Notes: generated from the sequence alone by a model not told the origin. Shown: positions 1 to 9,280, counted from the stretch's first letter. The stretch is DNA of 24,000 nucleotides from an uncultured Acidobacteriota bacterium (GCA_963837855.1 CAWIPA010000006.1:151506-175505), one strand, 5' to 3'. Made by a program: numbers and translations.

Positions 1-56
1 ATGCCGTAAATCCCACCGATCACATTTGGCTTTAGCCGCTGAGGTTTTGTTTTTCG
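1..56 (+). repeat. Repeat family A, 3' part (cut by the window edge)
   Basis: atgccgtaaat...ggctttagccgctgaggttttgttttt aligns with 9301-9356 and 17158-17212. All three share the core ggctt[t/c]agcc[g/a]ctgaggttttgttt. Confidence 0.7.
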
Positions 57-150
57 AAGACCCACACCGGTTCATTCGCTACTGCGGAATCTCCAACTCC
101 CTCAGCGAAAAAACCTGCACGGCCTGCGATAAATCTGGAATCGGACGAGC

Positions 151-801
151 TTAGGTAGGCCCCAAAGGCAGAAAATACTGCGTCCCCTTCACCGGCAAAC
201 GCACCCGCTGCAACAATTCCTGCAAATCCTGATTCCGTTCCACAAAATCAATCTCCGAAGTATCCACCACCAACAGGTTCGAAGCCGAATAACGAAAGAA
301 AAAATGCTCGTAAGCCTGCGAAACCGCCTCCAAGTATTCCGGCGAAATATCACTCTCCGCAGGCACGCCACGTTTAGAAACGCGCTTCAGCAAAACCTCC
401 GGCTTAGCCTGCAAATAAATCACCAAATCAGGCGCCGGCACCGAAGGCGCAAAAATCTCATAGTAGCGTTCGTAAAGTTTCAGCTCTTCATTATTAAGAT
501 TGATGTAAGCAAAAATCTTGTCCTTCTCAAAAAGAAAATCGCTAACCACCGGCGCCGCATTCTCCTCCAAACGCAATTCATTCAATCGCCGGAACCGCTC
601 GATCAAAAAATACATCTGCGAACTAAAAGCCGATCCAGCCTTCTCCGCATAAAAATCCGCAAGAAACGGATTATCTTCGCAATCAAAAACCCGCCGCGCG
701 TGCAAGCTCTCCGCCAAAGCCTTAGCCAAGGTAGATTTCCCCACGCGAATAGGCCCTTCAATCACAATGTGCCGCGGAGTTTTGAAAGCAGGCGTAGTCA
801 C
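151..801 (-). CDS. Deoxynucleoside kinase (dAK/dGK/dCK family)
   Basis: 216-aa ORF with P-loop IVIEGPIRVGKSTLAKAL near the N-terminus and a LID-like LLKRVSKRGVPAE. Length and layout are typical of bacterial deoxynucleoside kinases. GTG start at 801. Confidence 0.85.
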   Translation of the reverse strand: MTTPAFKTPRHIVIEGPIRVGKSTLAKALAESLHARRVFDCEDNPFLADFYAEKAGSAFSSQMYFLIERFRRLNELRLEENAAPVVSDFLFEKDKIFAYINLNNEELKLYERYYEIFAPSVPAPDLVIYLQAKPEVLLKRVSKRGVPAESDISPEYLEAVSQAYEHFFFRYSASNLLVVDTSEIDFVERNQDLQELLQRVRLPVKGTQYFLPLGPT

Positions 802-1043
802 GGGCCGCGATTATAGCAAACGCCGCAACGCCCGATTGTAACGAAGCAAAGTAGCGCCGGCGTCCCTGCCGGCATCCGGCGAGCGCGACCCCCCGCAAAA
901 AGCGAACGCGCGAACGGACCGTGAAGTCAATTAAAGAGTGCAGCGGCCTCCGCCCGCAAATTCACATTCAAGCCCAATCAAAAGCACGATACGATGTGCC
1001 ACCCAAGCAATGTCGTTGCAATCACGTAAAAAGGAATTTCCCC

Positions 1044-1520
1044 ATGAGCCATTTTCAAGTACTGCTTCTAGCTTTTCTCATCGGCGCCGTCTGCGGCCTG
1101 CGCAGCCTCACCGGCCCCGCCACGGTAGCCTGGGGCGCTCATCTGCATTGGCTCAGCATTAGCAATTCCATCGTCGCGTTCATAGGCTCAAAAATCGCTC
1201 TCGTAATTTTTACTCTACTCGCTCTAGTCGAACTGGTGCTCGACAAACTCCCCTCCACTCCCAGCCGCCTCAGTGCTTTCCCTCTGACCGCGCGCATAAT
1301 CACCGGCGCACTCTGCGGCGCGTGCGTAGCCTACTCAGGTGGCCAGTCACTGTTGCTCGGCGCCATAGTAGGAATCGCCGGTGCCGTAGCCGGCGCCTAC
1401 GCAGGAAATAAAATCCGCGCCCGCCTGGTGAACGCCCTAAAAGTCCCCGATTTCGTAATAGCAATCCTAGAAGACGCCACAGCAATAGCCGCCGGCTTTT
1501 TCATCGTGTCAAGGTTCTAA
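1044..1520 (+). CDS. Small polytopic membrane protein (DUF4126-like)
   Basis: Internal ATG at 1044 is preceded by AAGGAA (1031-1036). The first 41 codons of the 921 ORF are Arg/Gln/Cys-rich and not protein-like. From MSHFQVLLLAFLIGAVCGLRSL onward there are about 4 hydrophobic Gly/Ala-rich spans. Confidence 0.6.
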   Translation: MSHFQVLLLAFLIGAVCGLRSLTGPATVAWGAHLHWLSISNSIVAFIGSKIALVIFTLLALVELVLDKLPSTPSRLSAFPLTARIITGALCGACVAYSGGQSLLLGAIVGIAGAVAGAYAGNKIRARLVNALKVPDFVIAILEDATAIAAGFFIVSRF

Positions 1521-1683
1521 GCGAACGAAGAAGCGGGATCGAGCTAAGGGCAAGCAGCGATGTTGTACCGCTGGCGTCCCTGCCGGCTCTTACGATCTCG
1601 CTGTCGCTAAATGGCGCGATGATGGACGGCGCGACTGCGAAGATTCAATGTGCACTTAAGAATTGCCAAGAAACGTGAGCCGC

Positions 1684-1782
1684 TGTCATCCCGAATCCCC
1701 TTCAGGGGTGAGGGATCTGCGTTTGTACTTGCCTTTGCCGTCTCTTCAATCTGAAATTTCAAATCTGAAATCTGAAATTTCC
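1684..1782 (+). repeat. Repeat family D: hairpin core plus tctgaaat module
   Basis: Core ctgtcatcccgaatcccc-ttca-ggggtgagggatctgcgtttg (1684-1726), followed by caatctgaaatttcaaatctgaaatctgaaatttcc (1747-1782). The same composite occurs inverted at 9427-9495 and 14216-14286, and the core alone at 21224-21267. Confidence 0.75.
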
Positions 1783-1820
1783 TGCGCCTTTGCCGCAGTA
1801 AAAGCGTTGCGCAACTTCTA

Positions 1821-2853
1821 TTACCAAGACCTAGCAATTGCAGCCACTATCCTCGCCAAAGCATCCGCATCCCGCACATCAATCACTTCCCCCGGCGAAT
1901 GCGAATACCGCAAAGGCCACCCCAGCGCAATATCCACCGATCCATACCGCACAAACGCCGACCCATCATTCCCCCCGCCAGTAGCCCCAAACTGCACAGG
2001 AATTTTATTAGCCACCGCAAGCTGCTTCACTTTTTCCACCAGCGCAGTCGGAACAATATTCGAATTATCCACCGCCCGAATCACAAATCCCTTGCCGATA
2101 GGCGCGTCAGCAAAGCGCTTCGACTCGAGAGGCGAATCGGAACTAACAAAAGTGTCCACAGCAAAAACAAAATCCGGCGCCCGTCCCTCGGCAGCCAGCC
2201 GTTTCGCCGCCCCAGCAGCCCCATTCAACCCAACCTCCTCGCGCGTAGACCAAACAAAAGTAACATCGCGATTCTCCAGCGGACGCCCCAGCGCCCACAC
2301 CGCCGAAACCAGCGCCGCATCCCCCACCCGATCGTCGAAGCTACGTCCGTTAGCGCGAGTGCCAAGCAGTGGCCGATATACTTTAGGAATGGTGACCCAG
2401 TCCCCAGCCTTCACGCCCAGCTTCGCCGCCTCCTCAGCACTGCGCGCCCCCACATCCACTCGCACCGCCGCATCCCGATCCTTCGGCCACTGAAATCCAG
2501 CCTGATCCCAAGCATTCGGCAATTCAACAACCGCCGCATAACTCGCCCCACTATCCGAATGCACGATCGCAGAATGCCCCGCAAAAAAGCTAACGTCCCC
2601 GCCGCCTTTCCAAGCCGCATCCAGATGCCCATCTTTCCCAATGCCGGTAATTTCAAATCCAATTTCATCCATGTGCGCCACAATCAAAATCCGCGGCCCC
2701 TTCGCCGCCGCCGCACCAAGATGCAAAATCAAATTCCCATCTTCGTCCGTTTCAGTTTTAGCCCAGGCAGGAAGTTCGTCGCTGAATTCGCTGCCGCACC
2801 GCCCCTTCATGCCCGCTCACGCCGTAAGTCTCAACCAACTCTTTCAGCAACAC
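1821..2853 (-). pseudogene. M42-family metallo-aminopeptidase (FrvX/TET-like), catalytically intact, interrupted by a one-base frameshift near 2781
   Basis: ORF 1821-2810 carries the full M42 ligand set: IVAHMDEIGF, SFDDRVG, TREEVGLNGA, FAVDTF, RYSHSPGE. The expected N-terminus (V)LLKELVETYGVSGHEGAVRQRIQ lies in the neighbouring frame, at the tail of ORF 2758-4050, with a possible GTG start at 2853. The junction reads ...RQRIQ|SDELPAWAKTETDEDGNLI. Confidence 0.75.
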
Positions 2854-3978
2854 CTCGATTTTCTGAGGACCGGGCGGCCTCCCAATTCCGACGTCAACCG
2901 TTTCACCGCTACCACTTCCTCCATCCGCTTTCGCTCCGGCATAAGCCTCCAGCAAATCGCTAAGATGCTCGAGATCCTTTTCGTCAATCATCTCCGCAGG
3001 CGTCGACGGCCATGCTGTCGCAATTCCCAGGTGCACCCATCGGCCAGGCAGCGCTGCCGCCGGCAAATAAGATTGCGGCAGCAATCCAGTAGAAAAATCC
3101 GCAACGATTGGAACCTTATTCAACTCAGCAATCTGCTTGATCTCCGCGGGAAAATCGACGACGGTTTCGCCAACTTGCGTGAGCCCAATTAACACGCCGC
3201 TACCCATCTCCTGCCGCGGCGCCCGCCGCACCGTTTGCATGCCGGGAACAACGCCGCCAGCAGTCAATCGCCCGACGTAGACCATTTCATCGGGCTTCAC
3301 GCGATCGAGAACTCGTTGCAATCCACGCGCGCCAGTCCATTGCTGCACAACAAAAGCCACGGTAAGCGTCCCTTTCAACTTCGCCCGATCAAGTTGGCGC
3401 AACGCTTCGATCACCGCGACAGCCCCATAGCGATCGCCAATTCCAGCCGCGTTCCAATGCCCGTTCACATTCGCCGCGCTGCGATCAATTCCGACCGGGC
3501 AGAGATTATCCACGCCAGCCCGCCGCACTTCTTCCGCCGAACCCGCGCCGATATCCACATATAAATTTTCGATATCGTTCATCTTCGGCGTCTCCGCCCG
3601 CCCCGGCTGCAAATGCACCGAAAGACCGGCCACCACGCCATCAATCCATTTGCCCTGCGCGGTCCGCACGCGCACCGGCTGCGCCGCATAGAGCTCTTCG
3701 AAAAGCGGAATGGTCCCATTCTGCGGCAGCCGCTGCAGCCGCAAATACCCATCTTCAGTAACGTCGCTGACCACAAATCCAGGTTCATCAAGCGCCGCAA
3801 CAATCAGCCGGTTCGGCGCGCCACTCCCAATCGTGATCGTGACGTCGCCGATGTTGTCAACCTGCGGCGAAAACGCCGAGAGTTCCTTCGCAATCCTCGC
3901 GCTAAGTTCCTGCTCGTATCCAGAAATCGCCGGCGTATAAGAAAATTCCCGTAAGTCACCCGAGCATGGACCCGCCAA
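2758..3978 (-). CDS. M42-like peptidase paralogue with degenerate active site (probable pseudoenzyme); both ends uncertain
   Basis: It aligns with the downstream M42 gene along its length, but four of five catalytic or metal positions are replaced: AALDEPG (H->A), VQQWTGARG (EE->QW), YVGRL (D->G), AWPSTPAE (H->S). Only GIGDRYG keeps its Asp. Candidate start is TTG 3978, with GGAG at 3989-3986 and a 7-nt spacer. There is no stop before the N-terminal segment of the next gene in the same frame. Confidence 0.6.
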   Translation of the reverse strand: MAGPCSGDLREFSYTPAISGYEQELSARIAKELSAFSPQVDNIGDVTITIGSGAPNRLIVAALDEPGFVVSDVTEDGYLRLQRLPQNGTIPLFEELYAAQPVRVRTAQGKWIDGVVAGLSVHLQPGRAETPKMNDIENLYVDIGAGSAEEVRRAGVDNLCPVGIDRSAANVNGHWNAAGIGDRYGAVAVIEALRQLDRAKLKGTLTVAFVVQQWTGARGLQRVLDRVKPDEMVYVGRLTAGGVVPGMQTVRRAPRQEMGSGVLIGLTQVGETVVDFPAEIKQIAELNKVPIVADFSTGLLPQSYLPAAALPGRWVHLGIATAWPSTPAEMIDEKDLEHLSDLLEAYAGAKADGGSGSGETVDVGIGRPPGPQKIEVLLKELVETYGVSGHEGAVRQRIQRRTSCLG

Positions 3979-4107
3979 CTTGAGTCTCCGCCGAAGATTG
4001 CGCCCGTCTCTGCAGCGCACAAGCAAGCGCACCCAGAAACGCAACAGCAAGTAATCGTGATTACCAGCGATTTTCGCTTCATTCCACCAACTCCTTCACC
4101 AATAAAT

Positions 4108-5826
4108 TCAGGAAGCCCGGCCGCCACCGGTAGCATCCGCGGACGCCCGGCAGATTTCCGCAACAAGAATCTCGCGCCGGTCCAAAGCCGCTCGCGCGCT
4201 CTTGTTCAAAATGATCCAGTAAATGAGGAACGTAACAGCAGCAAGTGGAAGAAACGCCATGCCCGCCAACCAAACACGCCCGAATCGATACGCTCCAAAA
4301 ATCACCACGAACGAAACTCCGATCACCAACGCCTGCACCAACATTCCCACGAAACCGGTAGCCGCACTCGCACGCTGCCGCCCAAACGCCGCCAGATCGT
4401 AGCGCTTCGGCGAATACACCGACATCAAATCCCCCGCCGCCAGATTCAAGGGAAACGCAAACAGCAGTCCAGCCAGCGTAATGAACACAATATCCGGCCG
4501 CGGCGGACGGTAAAGAAAACTGGTAGCCACAAAAACAATCACCGTATTAAGCGCCAGCACCGCCGCATGCGAAATATTTTTCCCCAACAGCACATCCCGC
4601 AGCGGTACCGGCGCGATCAAAAAAAATTGCAACCCGCTGCCATCCGCGCCAAATGAGTTGTACACAATGTTCGTCAGCATCAAGAGCGAATACGCGCAAG
4701 CCACCGGAAACGCCCAGTCCGGCGCGCTCGCCAAAAATCCGCCGCCGGCGCCGGGCCTCGCTGGACTCAGTCGAAATAGCACCAAAATCACCACCGGCAT
4801 CACGAACATGAAAAGCACCGGCCCGCTGCGCAACAAATACCGCGTTTCTTTTTCAAAAATCGCCGCAATCGGACTCGAAAGCCCGGGAACATCCCAGCCC
4901 TCGCGCAGTTTTCCGCCGCTGCGCACCGCCACCGGAGCCGCCGCCTCGCTCAAATTCTCGCCAAGAAATTGCGCCCGCAGCCGCCGGTTCACCAGCGTTC
5001 CGAGAAGCAAGCAGTAAGCACCCAAGCCCGCGCAGGCGTAAAGCCCCTCCAGCGCGTCCCTCCTATGGAATCGCTGAATTGCAAAGCTCGCCAGTCCCGG
5101 CGGAAGATAGCGCGCGACATTCTCGATGGACGTGATCGAATGCACCGCGCCGATCGGATGTTTTTCCAGGCGCCGAGCAAGCGGTGCCACGAATTGAAAT
5201 CCGATGATCAAGAAAAGAAACAGCACTCCCAGTATTTCGCGCGCCTTGCGTTGCGCCAGCCATCGTTCCAACCAAAGACTGACCGCCCGCGACAAAAGCA
5301 AATTCGCTAGCACGAATCCGCCCACCGCCAGCGCCGCCCCGGGCAATAACGCCGGCCCCGCCACCGCGATTCCTCCGAGCATCGCCAGCAACCACAAAAT
5401 ACTCACCAAGCAAACTGGTTCGATCAACCCGTAAAAAAATGCCAGCCACCAGTACGTCGAGAAAGTCATCGGAAATCGCAGCAACGTCGCGAATTCGAAT
5501 GGCACCGACGCCAGCGATCCCAACACCGGATAGAGCTGCCAGAATCCAAAAATCAGCCACAGCGCGATGGCCAGATATTCCGGATGATGTTCCGCCACCG
5601 CGAAATATGCCAGCGGCGCCATCAGCGCCGCGCCGCCCACCGCCAGCATCGTCACCGATAGCCCCACAACCACGCGCGACACCAGCTCCAGCCGCCCGCG
5701 TACCGTCCGCAGCGAATTCACCAGCATCCGCCAGCGCAGCTCCGCCACCGCGGAAAATAAATCGAAGTTTTTGGGACCGTGCGGCCGTTCGGCGACGCCG
5801 GCAGGCAACGGACTCACGCCAGCCAT
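4108..5826 (-). CDS. ABC-2-type transporter permease (large polytopic membrane protein)
   Basis: 572-aa ORF with at least 10 hydrophobic spans. ATG 5826 overlaps the stop of the upstream ABC ATPase by 13 nt, which suggests translational coupling. Confidence 0.7.
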   Translation of the reverse strand: MAGVSPLPAGVAERPHGPKNFDLFSAVAELRWRMLVNSLRTVRGRLELVSRVVVGLSVTMLAVGGAALMAPLAYFAVAEHHPEYLAIALWLIFGFWQLYPVLGSLASVPFEFATLLRFPMTFSTYWWLAFFYGLIEPVCLVSILWLLAMLGGIAVAGPALLPGAALAVGGFVLANLLLSRAVSLWLERWLAQRKAREILGVLFLFLIIGFQFVAPLARRLEKHPIGAVHSITSIENVARYLPPGLASFAIQRFHRRDALEGLYACAGLGAYCLLLGTLVNRRLRAQFLGENLSEAAAPVAVRSGGKLREGWDVPGLSSPIAAIFEKETRYLLRSGPVLFMFVMPVVILVLFRLSPARPGAGGGFLASAPDWAFPVACAYSLLMLTNIVYNSFGADGSGLQFFLIAPVPLRDVLLGKNISHAAVLALNTVIVFVATSFLYRPPRPDIVFITLAGLLFAFPLNLAAGDLMSVYSPKRYDLAAFGRQRASAATGFVGMLVQALVIGVSFVVIFGAYRFGRVWLAGMAFLPLAAVTFLIYWIILNKSARAALDRREILVAEICRASADATGGGRAS

Positions 5827-6635
5827 GTAAGTTCCTGGCCGGTAAGCCGCGCGCCTCCGACAATTTCGAGGAAAATTTGCTCCAGCGTAAGTTTTTCGTG
5901 CGGCCGCGCGGCAGAATCCCCATCGCCCGCGCCAACGCCCGCCACGCGCGCCTCCACCCCGCTGCGCAATTCATCAATCGAGCCCTGCGCCACCAGCCGC
6001 CCCTGATGAATAATCGCCACGTGGCTGCAAAGCCGCTCCACAATCTCCAGCACATGCGACGTCAAAAAAATCGTAGCCCCGTGCGCGATCATCCGTTGCA
6101 ACATCGCCTTCAAAGTTCCCGAAGCAATCGCGTCCACGCCTTCAAACGGCTCATCCAGAAATAAAATCTTCGGCCCGTGAATCACCGCCGCAGCCATCGC
6201 CAATTTCTTCTGCATGCCATGCGAGTAATCGGTCACCAAAGCCTTCGGCCGGTCACTCAACTGCATAAAATCCAGCAACTCAGCCGCCCGCTGCGCCGCA
6301 GTTTTGCGATCCAACCCATACATCCGCCCAACAAAATTCAAATACTCCGCTCCAGTAAGCCGCCCAAAAAGCGCCAACCCTTCCGGCACCACTCCAATCT
6401 GCCGCTTCACCGTCACCGGATCGGCCACCAGATCCGTTCCAAGAATCGTGATGCGCCCCTCGCTAGGTGCAAGCAGCCCAGTAAGCATTTTAATTGTGGT
6501 AGATTTTCCAGCTCCGTTCGGCCCAAGAAATCCGAAAAATTGCCCCGGTGCCACGCTCAAATTCACATGGTCCACCGCAAGAAGCTGGCCGAATCGGCGG
6601 GTAAGATTTTCTGTAGCGATAGCCGGCGCGGACAT
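5814..6635 (-). CDS. ABC transporter ATP-binding protein
   Basis: Walker A GPNGAGKSTT, Q-loop, signature-like YSHGMQKKLAMA, Walker B ILFLDEPFEGVD and H-loop LTSHVLE. Confidence 0.9.
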   Translation of the reverse strand: MSAPAIATENLTRRFGQLLAVDHVNLSVAPGQFFGFLGPNGAGKSTTIKMLTGLLAPSEGRITILGTDLVADPVTVKRQIGVVPEGLALFGRLTGAEYLNFVGRMYGLDRKTAAQRAAELLDFMQLSDRPKALVTDYSHGMQKKLAMAAAVIHGPKILFLDEPFEGVDAIASGTLKAMLQRMIAHGATIFLTSHVLEIVERLCSHVAIIHQGRLVAQGSIDELRSGVEARVAGVGAGDGDSAARPHEKLTLEQIFLEIVGGARLTGQELTWLA

Positions 6636-6666
6636 AAGCGCCTAAATGTAGCACAAGCAGAAACGA

Positions 6667-8488
6667 TCAGCGCGAATGCGCCGCCGGCGAACTCACCGCC
6701 GCAAGTTGCGGAAGCAAAGCCAGCACCGCGGGCAATTCGATCCGGAAAGTAGCGCCGCCATCGACGCGATTGAATCCGGTAATCGTCCCGCCGTGCTCCT
6801 GAATAATCCCGTAGCAAATACTCAAGCCCAGCCCGGAGCCTTTACCCACCGGCTTGGTCGTATAAAAAGGATCGAATACGCGCTCCGGCTCCGAGAGCCC
6901 CGGCCCCGTATCCGAAAATTCGATCACCACGTTGGCCCGCTCGCGCTCGGTGCGCACAGTAAGCACGCCCCCGCCAGTCGCTTCCATCGCGTCCACCGCA
7001 TTGCTGATCATCTGAAAGAAAACCTGCAGCAATTGATTCGGATCGCCGCGCACCGCCGGCAAAATTCCGCGATTCTGCACGTCGATGCGAATATTTTTGC
7101 TGCGCAGATCCAGCGTGCGCAACTGCACCGCGCCATTCAAAGTGGAAGTCAAGATCCAGCAACTGTTTTTCCGCCGGCACCTGCCGCGCAAAACTCAAAA
7201 GATTCGTCACCAACACGCGAGTCCGCCGCGCCTGATCGCGAATCTTCTCCGCCAAACTACGCGCCCGCGCCCCCGCCGATTCCTCATCCACCAGCAAATC
7301 CGAATAACCCAAAATCGCCGTCAGCGGATTATTAATTTCATGCGCCGCTCCGGCAGCGAGTTGCCCGAGCGATGCCAATTTCTCCGATTGCACGAACTGG
7401 CTCTGCAACCGCTTCAAATTATCGAGCGAATTCTGCAGCGTCTTCACCAGTTTTTGGCGGTCCCGATTAATCAGCTGCTGCCGGAAAAACACCAGTCCCA
7501 TTCCCACCATCAGCGCCACCAGCGTAAGCATCAGCCGGAATTCGCGCACCGCAGAAGGTGCGCCGCTCAGAAACACGCTCCATGCCGCAAGAAATGGAAT
7601 GAACAAAACGCCCACGATCGCCAGCCATTGCGGCCAGTGCCGCCCGAATTCTTCCCCCACAGGATTCTGATCGGGCGCCAAAGTCATCCGCCGCGCCATC
7701 ATTCCCAACATCCCCAGCCAAAGAAACGTCACCACGTAAGCCAGATCGTAAATGCCCCCGGAAGAATAAGTCCCCGCCAGCGACGCCCACGCAATCACCA
7801 AAAATCCCGCCGTATGCACCACCGCAATCCCCAGCAAGTTCCCATAAATTTTCCGCCAAGCGCTGCGCGTCTGAAAAATCAAGAAAATCAATCCGCAGAT
7901 GTAAACAATATTTTCGCCAATATAAGCCTGCCATCCGCGAATCAAATAAAGCTGCGGATTCGGCGCCACATAAATCCACGGCAACGTCGAAAACGCATAA
8001 ACATAAATCCAGGTAGTAGCCAGCAGCGATAAATCGATAATCCCGTACCGCAAAGTCTCGCGCAGCCCGCGCGCATGCGGCTGCAAAGCCAGCGCCGCCA
8101 TAAACGGCACCGGATGCAAAAAATAAGCAATATTTCCAAGGTAGGTGTAGCCTGACGAATGCCCCAGCACCAGCCCGGTATACGTCCACATCAACGAGCC
8201 AATCAGCCAAAGCCCGCATCCCGCCGCCATCAAAATCCAAAATGAATTCGTCCGCCGGTAAGGCGTCCCCGCATTAGCCAGCAGCGCCGCATTCGCCAGC
8301 AACGGCAGCAAACACAAAAAAATGTCCCCGAAAGTAGTCTGCGAATGTCCGCGCGGCAAAATCAGCGCCACCACCGCAAACCCCACTCCGAGCACAAGCC
8401 ACGGCGCGACAACCGACACGGACGGCGTTCGAGAGGAATGGGCCCCAGATTCCATTTCCTTCGACTTTAGCGCACAGTTGCCCGGCAA
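6667..8488 (-). pseudogene. Membrane sensor histidine kinase, interrupted by a one-base frameshift near 7150
   Basis: Frame 1 (8488 to about 7150) holds roughly 330 aa of polytopic membrane domain, a linker, and the H-box [22 protein letters not shown]. Frame 2 (ORF 6667-7191) holds the HATPase_c boxes [37 protein letters not shown] and GSGLGLSICYGII. The junction is ...PAEKQLLDL|[11 protein letters not shown]. The start is uncertain (TTG 8488 or ATG 8455). Confidence 0.8.
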
Positions 8489-8648
8489 GTTCCGTTCATC
8501 GCAGCGCGTTCATACGAAAAGATTACGGGTGCAATGAATTCCAGTCATCCAGAGTCGAGTTCGTCATCCGAATTGATACGTAGTACGGTGGGAGCGCGTG
8601 GAAGCTCGCCAACGATCCGAGACCGGTACGCAACCAAAAAGAACGGTC

Positions 8649-8882
8649 TTATTTAACGGCGGCAATGCAATCCACTTCGATATCAAACCCGCCATTCCAA
8701 GCAGGAACATTGATAAAGATGCGCTCGATCGCGCCCTTGAAGATTCCTCCTGTTTGGGGATCGAACGGCGGGGAACCTGAGACGTAGATTGTGTCGCCGT
8801 GCTTCGTCACGGTTGAAGCCGGGGCCTTGTATTTTTCGAGATAGGTTGACAGCGGCTCAACGCGAATGATTTCCCGTTTCAT
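8649..8882 (-). CDS. RidA/YjgF-like protein, abnormally short (77 aa); probable remnant
   Basis: The N-terminal two thirds match RidA family features (KHGDTIYVSGSPPFDPQTGGIFKGAIE), and the C-terminus resembles the family end (PAW...FDIEVDCIAAV). The roughly 50 residues normally between them are absent. Confidence 0.45.
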   Translation of the reverse strand: MKREIIRVEPLSTYLEKYKAPASTVTKHGDTIYVSGSPPFDPQTGGIFKGAIERIFINVPAWNGGFDIEVDCIAAVK

Positions 8883-8986
8883 AGTTTTTTCCTCCGATCG
8901 CCAGGTGCAGCTCTGAGGAACCAGGAGCCGCGAAAATTCGAGGGCAAAAGTAAGACCAAACTAGGAAGAAATTTCAAATTTCAGAC

Positions 8987-9158
8987 GGCTCTGTTGACTT
9001 CCTCCGAAGCCGTTGAATTTGTCCGCGTAGGGGCGACGGCTTGCCTCGCCCGCCCGTGTAACACGCACGAAAATGTGGCCTATTTGTGCCGACGTAACGC
9101 GATCCAGCATTCTCCACGTTCCATCGTTCTCGTAAATACGCATGATGTCAACAGAGCC
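8987..9158. mobile_element. 172-bp MITE-like element (repeat family C), copy 1
   Basis: 12-bp terminal inverted repeats GGCTCTGTTGAC (8987-8998) and GTCAACAGAGCC (9147-9158). Flanking 9-bp direct repeats ATTTCAGAC (8978-8986) and ATTTCAGAT (9159-9167). About 90 percent identical by eye to 21459-21630. Internal hairpin GGGCGA-cggcttgcc-TCGCCC. No transposase. Confidence 0.8.
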
Positions 9159-9280
9159 ATTTCAGATTTGAGATGAACTCATCTCATAAATACTCTTTAG
9201 GGGGTCGGTGCTCTAGCTCCGACATAGATTCGCCCCTAAAATCGCGGGCTTTAGAGTCTATGTGATGACTGCAATGATTT

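Noticed and set aside
3804-4166. The 120-aa ORF as an independent gene.
   Set aside because: Only its first roughly 10 residues after M29 look real. The remainder is Arg-rich out-of-frame translation of the M42-like gene. It is treated instead as a possible displaced N-terminus (see finding).
1899-8240. Long alternative-frame ORFs overlapping annotated genes, for example 1899-2963, 4057-4656, 5063-6055, 5439-6164, 7085-8032 and 7467-8240. The same applies to 22190-22819 and 23186-23983 further right.
   Set aside because: They have Arg/Pro/His/Gln-rich low-complexity translations, no motifs, and always shadow a convincing gene in another frame or strand.
8961-9176. 60-aa ORFs on both strands here, and their counterparts at 21388-21654 (VGATACLARP...HENVAYL...).
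   Set aside because: They lie entirely inside the MITE copies and recur because the DNA repeat recurs. They have no RBS and overlap each other on opposite strands.
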